From Tubulanus polymorphus (Eukaryota > Animalia > Nemertea), in the NCBI RefSeq assembly GCF_964204645.1, contig NC_134028.1:7254001-7318000 (forward strand): a stretch of DNA of 64,000 nucleotides, written 5' to 3'. Positions 52,111 through 64,000 of the stretch are shown here, piece by piece; positions within the stretch are counted from its first letter, which is position 1; each line of letters opens with the position of its first letter. A program made the translations under genes and the position numbers. A model generated the notes under the pieces. It was not told the DNA's origin and searched no databases. It worked only from the letters and a program-made list of their open reading frames with translations.

Positions 52111-55100
52111 ATTGTCGATATGTTCTAATTCAAAATGAATTCATTGTTCCTTGATATCATATCATATTATGCATTGTCGATAATATGAAGCAATATCTAT
52201 GTGTTATTTTTCTTCAAGGTGTCAATAAACCAATAAGTTAGTTTTCCTGGTCAACCTAAGCTCGTACATGCCCTTAGAAGGCCTAGACACGTCCGAATAA
52301 AACGTGGTTAACGCAAACTGATGAATAATCATATCTCGACGATACTATATGCGCAGAGTTTTAGACATTAAGTGCTGTTCGTCGTACCAGGTCGGGATAC
52401 CCGTTATATTACGAGTCGATTTCTTATATCCTGACTTTTGACAGGCGGTAACAAAGATAAATAGTCGCTAGGAGTTTCAGTCACGGTTCCGCAATTATGA
52501 TCGTTCAATTTTCGGAGTGAGCCAAAGCAAAATTGATTCTCGCGGGATTTCGCAGTTATCGACGTTTATTTCGCGCGCTTTGATTTTTGTGTATCTGTAG
52601 CGAATGAATTATGTATTGACTAGGAATCTCTCGGCGGAGGCGCGCTCGCGAACGGGGAACGCGATATAGACGTTGACTCGTTAACGACGTGAATATAAAT
52701 CGACTTGTCTGGATTGAACGCGATTTGAAACAAACGTTGATGAAAATTCGATCGAGGAGGACTAAGCAGTTGTGCGTGTTTGCTCTGACCCTTGACTCAA
52801 AACTAATACTAATGATAATTATGATAATAATAGTAACAATAATAATAATAATAGATGTACTTGATTGTCGAAGAATTTTTTTTTTCATTTATGATAAAGG
52901 TGATAATTCATAAGCATTTGAATATTAGAAATAATAAACAATATTCACAAGAGGGAAATTGAAACTATAAATTGACTGAGACTCACGCTATTTCTACCTT
53001 CAGAAGAAACAAGTGGCGATCATTCAAATTGCCAGGATTTTTTCGGAAAACGAACAGTTTTATGAATATTTGGGTTTGTTTTCAAAACATTTTGTGGGTT
53101 GCCGTTGCGTCTCGTTCGTTCGTCTCTATTTCGCTAGAACCAACAATCTAACCAACAATTCAAAGTTGGAACCAGCCCTTGGAATTTTTTAACTTTTCAA
53201 ATCAGTCTAATTAGTCATAAGGAATTTGCTTATGAAAAGACGAACGGATGAAATATTTCAAAAACTCGCTCGTTTTTACATTTTTGCCATTCGTTAAGTT
53301 CGGTCGCTTAAAAGTGTATCAACGAATGTCGCGATGTTAGAATACCTATCCCTTCAATCTGTGTAATTTTCATGATCGTTGTGAAATAAAAGTAGGCCAG
53401 CATGAAATGTAATTGAGAAGGTGCGACTGCCTCCAGGCAGGATTCAACATGTACTACTCGGATATACAAATCAAACTGTCACATAAACTGCTTTGATGGC
53501 ACACGTAATTGAACCGCTCTAATTTCAACGGATACAGCTGATAACCAAGAGGCAACTCTCCAAATAGGAAAATTTCCAGCGCGTACATATTGTAGCCCTT
53601 CTTGGGGTTAAATGAATTGTGTAATAATGGGATTGTGGACGAACTTGACTACTTTTCCACTGTATTCATATTTATATGATAGAAGGGAATCATATCTGGA
53701 CAGGAGATTTTATACGAAACCCAACTAAATACGAATTTTCAATGCAACTTTTGACGCCGTAGAAACCGTCGTAATAATGTTTGTATACATTGATACCTAG
53801 CATGCGTTATTCGAGTTCTGAGTGAGTCAGTGCGGACTACGTCATCAATACTGGTGTTTCAAAATAACATCTAAAGATGTGGTGAATTTCATTTTTGATA
53901 GATTGTAATATCTATTTTTGAGAGGATGTGCACTACCATATCAATATATCGCGGCTAGACCGGTTGCCGGTCAATTCAATTCAATTATCGATATACTCAA
54001 ACTGCATCGATTCTTAGTATTATACAATTCATGTTATACGATTTATTGTCGACAATATTAAAAAATTAGAGTTTTCTTGTTATGTAATGTAGCACTTGAA
54101 TTGTCGTTTAAAGTATATTCGCTTACTGTAGCAGGTGCGTCCTTGCAGTTGAAGGTTGAATCACTCACTGACAGCTCTTCTGACTCTATGCGCAGTTTGA
54201 TTGACATTTCTCGAGAATCAGGCTAATTAGATTCTTAACATTCTCCCATCGTCGCGGCAAAGTCATCGGCTGTTCATCATTCTCTTATCTGTCTTCTCGC
54301 AAAACAACCACAAAGCAATAAATTCCAACTCGATCAAATCTGATTTTGAAATCATTCATTGAAAACAAACTTCCCCTTATCTATTGATGACTATGAGGTA
54401 AGAATCGTCAATTATTGCTTAGCAATCTTGACACTCCTAATTGATCGATCTTTTTTAAACGACGAAACTATAGATGAAATCACGAAGCACAAAATCTTTG
54501 ATTAATAACTTTTATTATTCATCTAAATTCAATGTTCTTATTGAAAAAAAATAATATCGATTGGTGAGTTCAACCGGCTTCCGCCCGGACTTAAACCTAT
54601 AACCACGCTCAAATATCTGTATTTGCATTTATCCCGAATGTATTCGCACGTAATTCGAGTTGGATTGCTTAATGTTCCGTACAGATCGATCTCGTACGTA
54701 ATCGCTTGTGAAAAGATTAAAGGATCAGCGTTGATCCTAATTTATTGCCACAACTTAATCCAGTCGCGGCAACTTCTACATTTCAGTGTTTATCCTGTAG
54801 ATACGTGTTTTTTTGTTCCGATTTACCTCGAGAATCAGAGACATCGAACTCACAATTGTGTGGTATACCTTGTATTTCCACACGTTGTCCTTTTTCTCTG
54901 AAATAACTCTAAAGTATAATCATCAGGATCCAGTTCCACAGTTGTGAGTTTTAGTTAACTCTGAGTTCAACGAGTTAACTCAGAGTCAAATCTTAACTCA
55001 GAACTCTGGAACTGGGTCAAGATGATTTTTCATTTAGGAACAATATTTTTAGAATTTTAAAGCTCGGTTTGATCATATCTATCGGATACACGATCATTTT

Positions 55101-55183
55101 CAGCTAAGATTTTTAATGTTTTCTTTGTCATTTCAGTTCTTATATAACCATCCGTAAAACACTATATCCGTGTTTTGTGACGA

Positions 55184-55367
55184 TAATGTAAAGAGAATCC
55201 CACGATAATGACGAAAAAAATTAAGTCCGGAAATGTTTCCTTGAGCTGGTAGTTTATTCGACGTTTCGGATATAGACTAATAGTCATCTTCAGTCGAAAC
55301 AAGCTCATGAAGGAAACATTATCGGACTTAATTTTTTCGTTATTATTGTGGGATTCGCTTTACATTT
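55184..55367. repeat. Inverted repeat with a central hammerhead-like core
   Basis: ~60 bp arms AATGTAAAGAGAATCCCAC.../...GTGGGATTCGCTTTACATT; on the minus strand CTGAAGA...GAAACGTC at 55293-55260. Confidence 0.65.
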
Positions 55368-56101
55368 AGATTCTCTTTATATTTTTCGATGTTGTAAGCG
55401 CGGATCATTATAATAGCAAAAGATTTAATCGCTTCAACTAATTTGTTTCAAGCGCCCGTAAATATCACCAGGAAACTGTGCCGCACCACGATGTCGGCTG
55501 TTAATGTTTTACGGCGCACATTGATTATGTTTCGGAGAGTGTCAATCGCTTTAGCTTTGATTATTCGCACGCATCAGCTCACATCGTCTTGTGACTCGCT
55601 GCGAAAGCGAGTAATTCCGACGACAACTGCGAGCTGCCGAGAGAAGAAAGCGAAACGTTCGCGAAAAACTAGCAGGCATCCTCGACTCCGCCTGCCGCTC
55701 GCTCGCTCCTTACTCTCGCTAGCTGAGATCTCGTTCTGTCGCTAACGATATATACATATATATCTAACGCGCGAACGTTGACACGGAATAGCTATAAAGA
55801 AAAACAGGGTTTTTATATTTTTGACGAGCGCTTTATTGCCGTTACCGGTGTATAATGGGCTAAGGGGTCTCTTTTTGCGAAGAAGCGCGACATCATTTCA
55901 TAAACGGCGGCATACGCGCACGTACATTTGTTCAGAGAGGCTGTGATTATCATGCACGTGGATGGCTTACAAACAGATTTAGCTGAGATTTGATGTGTAG
56001 AGTTTTCGTCCGTTTACTGCTTGATGATCGGCGTCTACAGTTGAAAGTTTTATATCGAACACCGCGCGCAATTAACTCCAAAACGAACTCGTAATATTAC
56101 A

Positions 56102-56132
56102 ATGTGGCTGACGTTGGCGATCTTTTTTGCGG
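56102..56132 (+). CDS. Candidate first coding exon (signal peptide) of an unidentified gene
   Basis: ATG TGG CTG ACG TTG GCG ATC TTT TTT GCG G|GTGAGT = MWLTLAIFFA, phase 1, consensus donor; TATAAA at ~55793 and a CpG-rich upstream region. Confidence 0.5.
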
Positions 56133-56929
56133 GTGAGTTTTTGCTGTTTTATCAATATTGATTATTCGAAATGTTTAATATCTATTCATCCATTTTATCT
56201 AACTATCATGAATACGCATAATGAACTAACAAATTAGATTTTAACTACCGGGGTACATGTTTGTGGTTGTAATCAATATATATATATATATATATAGACT
56301 TCGCTCAAGTCAGATGTCTTGGGACCGTAAATATATGTCGACTTGACCGATATCCTCTGAGTTCGATGTTAAGTTTTTCTAAAATAGTGTCATAAGAATG
56401 TTTCCACAAAAATCCGAGTTGATCAAATCCGACTCGGGCGGAGTCCACTGTACATCGTTTTTCAGAAAGCAGTTACGAAATAACGAATCGTAGTTAAAAA
56501 TACATATCAATAAGATTCATTAATGACTATCTATATTTCATTCGAATTTCCGGGGCTTCGTCGAATACGATTTATTATCGAATTAGCGGATTTAATGGGC
56601 AGACTGTTCATGATCAACGCACGATGATTCCTGGATAAAACGTTGTATCTATTTCAATTCAACCGTATTATGAAGAAAAATAAGATTTGTCAATTCAATA
56701 TCGAATCCCTGAGCGTTGCTTACAGCTGGTAAGATTTTTTTATGCCGTAAATCCATTGAAATAATGAACCAATTGTGTACTTCGTCATCAATATTGGCAT
56801 TCTGAAAATAACAATTCCCATCAGTAAATTTCGGCGTTCATTTTGTAATGAAGTATATTTCATGACTATTATTTTCTATTTAATGAATTTTCGTGCCTTT
56901 TTGATGGCGCTTTTTAAATTTTTAGTGGA

Positions 56930-57080
56930 TGTGCCTACGTCATCAATATTGGGGTAGCCTGGTTAGACTGGTTGCTGGTCAATTCAATTCAATTGTCGAT
57001 ATATTCACATTCAAAATGATTGTATTCTGATCCTTAACAATATATCATATTATCCATGGTCGATGATAATAGGCAATATA
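56930..57080 (+). repeat. Dispersed repeat hosting the long-TIR element (other copies 50295-50352 + 52111-52200 and ~53925-54060)
   Basis: GTCATCAATAT..GGTTAGAC..GTTGC.GGTCAATTCAATTCAATTGTCGATAT is shared. Confidence 0.8.
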
Positions 57081-60000
57081 TTTCAACTGAAATAATCAAA
57101 ATAAATCGCCGTGTAACTGGATCTTAGTATCAAAAACTTATTCTCTATAAACACAATACTAATAGGGACCTTCATTTCCGTAGCTAGAAATCCAAAGAGG
57201 AGAACATGAAATTTGATTATGTCTAGAACTGAACCCTTCGGTCGTTATATCTGCATCTAGATGTGCATGTATGTATCTACCGCTGAGATCCTGGCGAGAG
57301 AACTTTGTCGGTTATTAGGTAGAAAAAAAATCGCAATAGCCCATGGCTGGCGTGTGCTGGCATGTATTTCACCCACCCGATAATACTCGGCTTATGGAAG
57401 ACACTACAATTCACTTAACGAGAACGCGCCGAGAGGGGGGACGAGGGAGAAGAGCTTCTTTCAAGGTGTGACACCCGTTGTTTTGATAAAAATGACATGG
57501 CGCGTGGTTATGACAGGCATTAGACACTAAGCCGCGTGTGCGTGGTTCCTGTGTATGAGTTTTCGTTTAGATCGGCGGAAATAATCGCCTCGTTCGATAT
57601 ATAGATATAGCGATTACAAGAAATTTGCTGTGTGACTGGACGCGACTCGAATTAAGTAAAACTAACACTTTTCAACACCGCACGTATTCGCGTAGTCTTA
57701 GAGACAGAAAGAGAGAAAATTGAAACTCGTCATATTTTAGTCGATGACTTAAATTTCTTTCAGACTATTCTAATGCATTTTTCAAATAAATTAATCATAT
57801 GTTCTGATCAACGAAGAGCTTACTGCGGGTGTTTTATTGCCTTGATTATATAATAATATTCTGCTAAAGATACGATTACGCAACATTCTGAATACTAAAC
57901 TGTTTAAAGCCGCTTAGTTTTTGTTTGTCTCAAATTTCACATACGTGACAATTTTACGAATAAACGTGCGCAAACAATATTATCCGATTTGCAGTTCGAT
58001 ATTTCCACTCCCTCTAGTCAGTAGATATTCATCTCAAAGCAATATCTAAATTATACGGAAAACTTTGCCAAAATTTCAAGAAGTTTCAATTGAAAAAAAA
58101 TTTGTAAATTTGACCGATCATCCGACTATATCTGTAATTCGATTTTCGATTTCAAAATCGAACCCCCTGTTTCGCAACCAGCAGGTGTGGAGGGTGTGTC
58201 TGTAAGTGACACCAAATCAAATCAAATTGAATCAAACGAATCGGATAAATTCCGTATTATTATTCATCCTTCCAAATTCTTATATTCTTCGTGAGTTACG
58301 TGAACTCGGATTTCAAGATAAAGCATTCGGGACACTGCTATCCCAACACGTACGTAAGATCGTCAGAAAATGGTGACAGACGTTCACCGACGAGGCAGAG
58401 GCTTCCCGCAGGAAATTGGACAGACGTCCTTGTCAGTCGATACCCCGCTCAGATTTTACATCGGCCTTTTGACACGACTAATGGCGAATTAGCCGTTTTT
58501 CTGATACACTCCCTTCTGTGATCATTTATTATAGAACAGCTTGTTCCGCGAGCTTCTCTGACCGTCGCAATGGAAAGCAAGTCCCTTTGATCATTATACA
58601 CAGTTCCACTCTTGTACTGTTCAGTTCTCTTCAACGAATCATTATAAAATCCATTGCTGTTGGTAGTAAGTTTCTACTACAAAAATGAGGACTTTAAGAC
58701 TGATATGAATCTCAGTACTCTTTAAAGTTAACAAATGAAAACCCCACTGTTGATATCAAAGCGTTTATTGTCTGGCAGTTTCGAAGTTAACCGTAATGCA
58801 TTACTATATCATTTTTGGTTTCTCTGACGATGAAGTTTAGATAGACTCCAAAACTGTCGGACTATAGACGCTTTAATATAAACTGTGGGTTTTAACTTGT
58901 TAACGAGAATGCATCCTCGCTTATCAGGGTTTGATTGCCGCCCGCCGAAGCTCACGCAAACATAAACCCCGGCAAGCGAGGATGACGACAGCAATTACTA
59001 TGCTCTTCTACGAATAACGGCGCAATACGACTGTTGAAATTCGTCTCGTCTGCAAAAATTCACCATATTCGGTAATTGTAGAAGATGTTTTGCGCGAACT
59101 GAAGTGACCCCGTAATACCGTACCGGTAATAGCCAATGGTAATATTTTCACGTCGCCACGTCTGATTTAATCACGGTTAACGTGACGTATCTTCCGTTAA
59201 TGCACTAACAAGCTGCCGTAAAATAACACCGTCGCTTCTTAACTAGAGCCGTTCGTCTTGAAAATGTCAACACCGGTCTAACGACGGTGATAGCGGCTTC
59301 TTGTACGCATCATATGCCAAAAAACATTACGTACGCAGCAATAGCGGACGCGTGGAATCCCGTATATACAGCGGATATAGTTTTTTTTCGGAGTGGCCCT
59401 TAATGATAACGCAGCCGCAATCTGCCAAACACGCGAGTCTGGGGGTCCTCCCAAAGAATATTTTGAGAAATCGAATGCATCTAGGTGAATTCTGAGCATT
59501 TTCCTGGAATAAAATATGCTCACCATTTCCCTATTTCCTACAAAAAAAAATCTTGGGGAGAAAATTTCCTGAACCGGCAAAGTAGTTATCGATATTCATG
59601 TATTTCTTTTAGGTTTATATGGATGGTACGATTACATTGAATCATTTTTATATGATTATGGCATTAACATAATAGCACGATTTCCCTCCAGTTTGCCTTT
59701 CGAAACGATTCACAAATCTTGATTAAGAAATATGAACAACGCAAATTTTGAAACTACATGTCTCATTTTTTCCACTGTGTTCACAGAAATAAGAAAAAAT
59801 GTCTTCTTCGAAAAAGATCAAGTTAGCTATCAAATTGAATATCAAAACACTCAGCCAGAAAGGCTTGTACCAATTATCATTCATACTTGTAAGCTGAATT
59901 AGATTATGACCTTTTCTTCGTTCCCTCGTTATGCGCCGTCGTCGCCTGATCCAAAAACAAACTACGTGCGTATATCCGATAATTTTCAATCCCCCATAGC

Positions 60001-60426
60001 GTGTAACCATCATTGTATCGACAGGTTTTTTTTTCTATCGGGGGGTTTCGTCTTCGTTGCGCTTGTCGTGACGCGAAACAATGTCAATATTGCCCATAAA
60101 TAAATAATACACTTCTATCGTGATGGACGAGGAGCTACACGGAATATTTCGGCACTTACTGAGAGTCGAGATATTAGTTGTCATCTCTCGGTTTTTTTCC
60201 ACTCGGCGTGCCATCTCACCCGTAGGGATTCTACCCGATGTATCTTGGTAATTGTATCGGTATGCATGGAATATCTATCTTGCTTAGTTTACTTGCCTCT
60301 CTCCGGTAACTGAACTCGGTCAATATATGTTACCAATTCTATCTGCCTTCATAAGCGCGCAAGATTCGTCAAAGCCACTAGATGCGAGAGCTCCGACCGT
60401 CAAGGTTCCAACCTTCCTCCCCCAAA

Positions 60427-60940
60427 AGGGATTCGAAGCTGATAGCATCCAGGGCGAACTTCGATTATCAATGTTAGTCGAACTAAACGAAACCGAATGT
60501 CAGTTAGTCGGAACTATGATCCGGAAATGGTCGACCACGCGATTGAGCACGGTCACTGTAGTTCGGGGGCCCAGTTCCAAGATGGCCGACACTGTGGAAT
60601 ACGTGACCGAACTAACTAGTCGACTAACTGCGAAAACCGAAGTCCGCCCTGATTACGAAACCCTGCCACACTAGACCGAGCGCAGTTTAGACGATGTAAC
60701 TACTAGCCAATAAGATATCCCATTTTATTTTAGCCCGGGTTTTCCCATTTATAGTACGTTCGTGAAATTTGCCTCAGCAATTATACGACGAACAATCTGA
60801 TTGGAGCCGCAAGTTTTCGCGCGGTGAACCTGCGCATGTACCTGCGCACCGGGTCTAGTGTGGCAGGGTTTCGTGCAGCCAATGTGGCAGGGTTTCTTAC
60901 TGTGCCTGAGTGGTAGCGATGCTATCAGGTCCGAATCCCT
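60427..60940. mobile_element. MITE with a second MITE (60450-60651) nested in its left TIR
   Basis: Outer termini AGGGATTCGAAGCTGATAGCATC / GATGCTATCAGGTCCGAATCCCT; inner element CAGGGCG...CGCCCTG. Confidence 0.75.
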
Positions 60941-63900
60941 GCCGAGAGAGGTTAGTTTCAACGGATATTTGCGTCAACAAAATCGAAACTCCAAAGTCCT
61001 TACCCAAAGAATTGACACAGTAGTTATACGATATCTCTTTAAAAAGTTACCAAAGTTTGCAATTATGACGCGCGAAGATTATGACGCTCGAAGATTCCCA
61101 AGAGTATTTGGCCGGGAAGTCATTTAGGAAATAAGCCCTGAAATCCTGCTGGTTGGCCGTTCTTAAAGCAAATAGAATACGATACTGTGGCTTTTAAACG
61201 AGACGGCAGTGTAAACATTTTAGTCAATGTCGCCTCCCTGTAACGTTTAATGATAATAAATTACTGTTTTCCTGGTCGGTTTCTACCAATCTGAGGTTTT
61301 GTACGACCTGCAGCCATTACGGCGTGTCCGGATACAAAATTGGAAACGGGAATGAATGCGCCGACATCACGTGATTAACCGCCACAACTCTGCAGGCACC
61401 ATGCAGGGACTGGTTTTACAGTTTTGTATTTACCTAAAATCAGCGTTTACCTCAATTGAAAACGAATTAAGTCGACCCTTTATAAGATAATACCAGTCTA
61501 CCCGCCGATAAAACAACTATATCTGTACTTCGATTTCCGATTTCAAAATCAAATCCCCTGTTTCGCTCGCGGCAGGCGTGGTGGGTTTGTAAGGGACACC
61601 AAATCATTAAAGTCAAACGAAATTTACCAATCAAGATAACGGGGTCAATCCCTATTTTAAGAAAAAAATATGACATAATACCACCAGTCGATACATCTGG
61701 GCCCAGGAGAATAGCTTAACTGTTCGCAGGTCCTTCCTCTTTCGAACTACTTGCTATTCGTAGAGTGGTGTATTCGAACGTTTATATAAAAATTTAGAAG
61801 AAATTCGTTCTCATTCAGAGTCCTGGTAAAAAAAAATCGTTCACAGTTTGATTTATTTCAAGACCAGATTTAGCGATGTGGTCGTGTCTGAAAGTAGTCT
61901 ATGAATAAAAGCCATGAGGTGATGAGTTTCGTTTGACTATCGCTCCGGTGCGATCTACAACAAAGGGGAGATTTCACAAAAATGACATCTTCTGTTGGGG
62001 AAAAAGTACAAACTAGATTTTCTAACCGCGGTCTTGACTCCGAAGCTGCGAGTTCACTTCAGTTATCATTAGGCTCAAGAACTTTTACTCGGTATATCTC
62101 CTCGGGCGGGCACAGGAAAACCCTGTTAGCCTAGCCGTACGAAACTGTGGTTAATGTGCTGGTTAGTCTAACAACAGTTAGCACTACCAGAGTTTTCCTG
62201 CGCACACCCCTGGTGCTTTAATGGTTAATCACTACGAACGGTCTTGTTAGGATCGCCTGTGTTCTAAACTCGATTCTTATTCATACCTTTATCCAAAATA
62301 AGCTATTTGTTGTATTTCTGGTGCGGACAAATTGGTTTGTTTCAAGGACGAGACCTATACTCCTGGCTACGCCTTTAGAAAAAAATACTAAGAATTATTC
62401 TCAATCGGTATAGTAATGTCATGAACATATCTGACCACCAATTTGGTTTAAACAGGACCACTTTACCGAGCTCTTCACCGAAGTATTAGATACAACATGT
62501 TGGAAGGTAGTGTACGGCCTCAGTTCGCTTCTCTGATGCAACAAAAGCATTTGATCAAGTTAATCATACCACCCTATTTTCTAAAATGATCCGTAAAGAT
62601 TAATATCCTCTTTGCATTGTACAACTTTTGACTTTTGGTACAATACTCATGATCTTAGGATAGAGTGGAACACATACTTACCGTCGATTTCTTTTAATAC
62701 AAGCAATGGAGTTCGGCAGGGTGGCTGTGGTAGTTTCTGTCTTATTCATTCAATGTCTATTTAATGACTTATTTTGAACGAACGAACGAACGAACCATCC
62801 ATAATGTAGTTCACTTAAGTTCGCAAAAGTAGCATCGCTGAATAGATCCCCAGGCGTCATTTGGAGAGTTCATGCACTTCAAGACGCGAGTAAAAAGGTG
62901 TTTCTTAGAAGCTGAAATATTCTAAATTATCTCGAGGAAAAAAGAAAGCTAGCAATAAACCGACAAATGAACTTCGACGTATTATCAGAGTAACCAATGG
63001 CAACATTGGGATCTTGTGATTATCAACATCTCGCAGGAGATGCACCTGCAATTAGCATCTTAAATAAGTTGTAATTGGCGAAGAGTCAAATACAAAAGAA
63101 AGCTATTCTGGAGAGACCTTTTGGGACGTTGATCTTAGTAGAATTAAATACACAGCACTCACAGATGAGAGCCTTCACTGAGTCGTAGACAATTACATTC
63201 TTTCCTTGATGACAGATCTCATAAGAAATTGTGAAACCTTAGTGCAGCATTATGGAAAACAGCCATGCTGTTCATTGAAATGGAGGTCATCTGACTTGAC
63301 AGTCTTTACGAGTTCAATTGCTCTGGAGATTTACTCACTCGACTGTAAAACCCCTACTAAGTGTCTTTTAATGCCAACGATATGAATTTTCATGGTACTT
63401 TGCTGTCAACTTGCATGTACGTACGTCTGAATCAACAAATTGATGATAATATACCAGTGCAAAGCAAATACAGCAAGCAAAGCGTTGTAATTTTCTAACC
63501 GTATTAGTAACAGCCCGAAGATATTTCATCAGCACAATGAAGTCATAGAAGCGTTGTGTGTTTACCCGCAGAACGTTGTTCGAATTATTCACACAGCCAC
63601 CTTCCAGCCAACCTCCGTAGTCGATTCTATACGTATTCACTCACGGAGATAGCTTTCAAGTGCCGGCTGAAAAACCTGACAAAATTCTCAATTCAGTTTC
63701 ACCACGCATCGGAATGGTTGATTCCGAGATAACAATTACTTGGTAGGTTTGTTGTTCGGAAATTTCAAAGATTCTCAATGGACACATTGCCAAAATCTGG
63801 TTCAAAACTGTCTGTGGACCAGGTTAACAGCTGTGCGTTATTTTTTACACGCATCTTTGTCAGTTTGATATATGAGAGGTTTATGTGCTTGCGGACCCAA

Positions 63901-64000
63901 TGTCCTATATTTCTGCTGTGGGTAAAAAGGACGGCAGTAAACATATGCAACTGGATGCTTATCGGTCGACTGCTTGGTCACCGACTTCAAAATCAGATAA

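Overview
AT-rich, intron-containing DNA from an animal, most likely an invertebrate bilaterian. I rebuilt four spliced genes by hand: a mucin + Ly6/three-finger GPI-type protein (+, 11035-12068), Pinhead (+, 14167-18101), Admp directly downstream of it (+, 21158-24672), and a large polycystin-1-like gene (-, 45008-26265) with LamG, WSC, PKD, partial REJ, GAIN/GPS, PLAT and channel parts. There is also a decayed WSC/PKD-like exon at the left edge and an orphan signal-peptide exon at 56102. RNA genes: tRNA-Val(UAC) inside a polycystin intron and two identical tRNA-Leu(AAG) copies. One Leu copy is split by a young, 5'-truncated RTE/RTEX-type non-LTR retrotransposon with an uninterrupted RT frame. 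Non-coding DNA holds many inverted-repeat elements, including a 1.76 kb element with ~570 bp TIRs and an AT target duplication, and a 44 bp hairpin with a 7 bp TSD. A dispersed set of minimal hammerhead-ribozyme cores, often in opposed pairs, sits in introns. All calls come from reading the sequence; no database searches were run.
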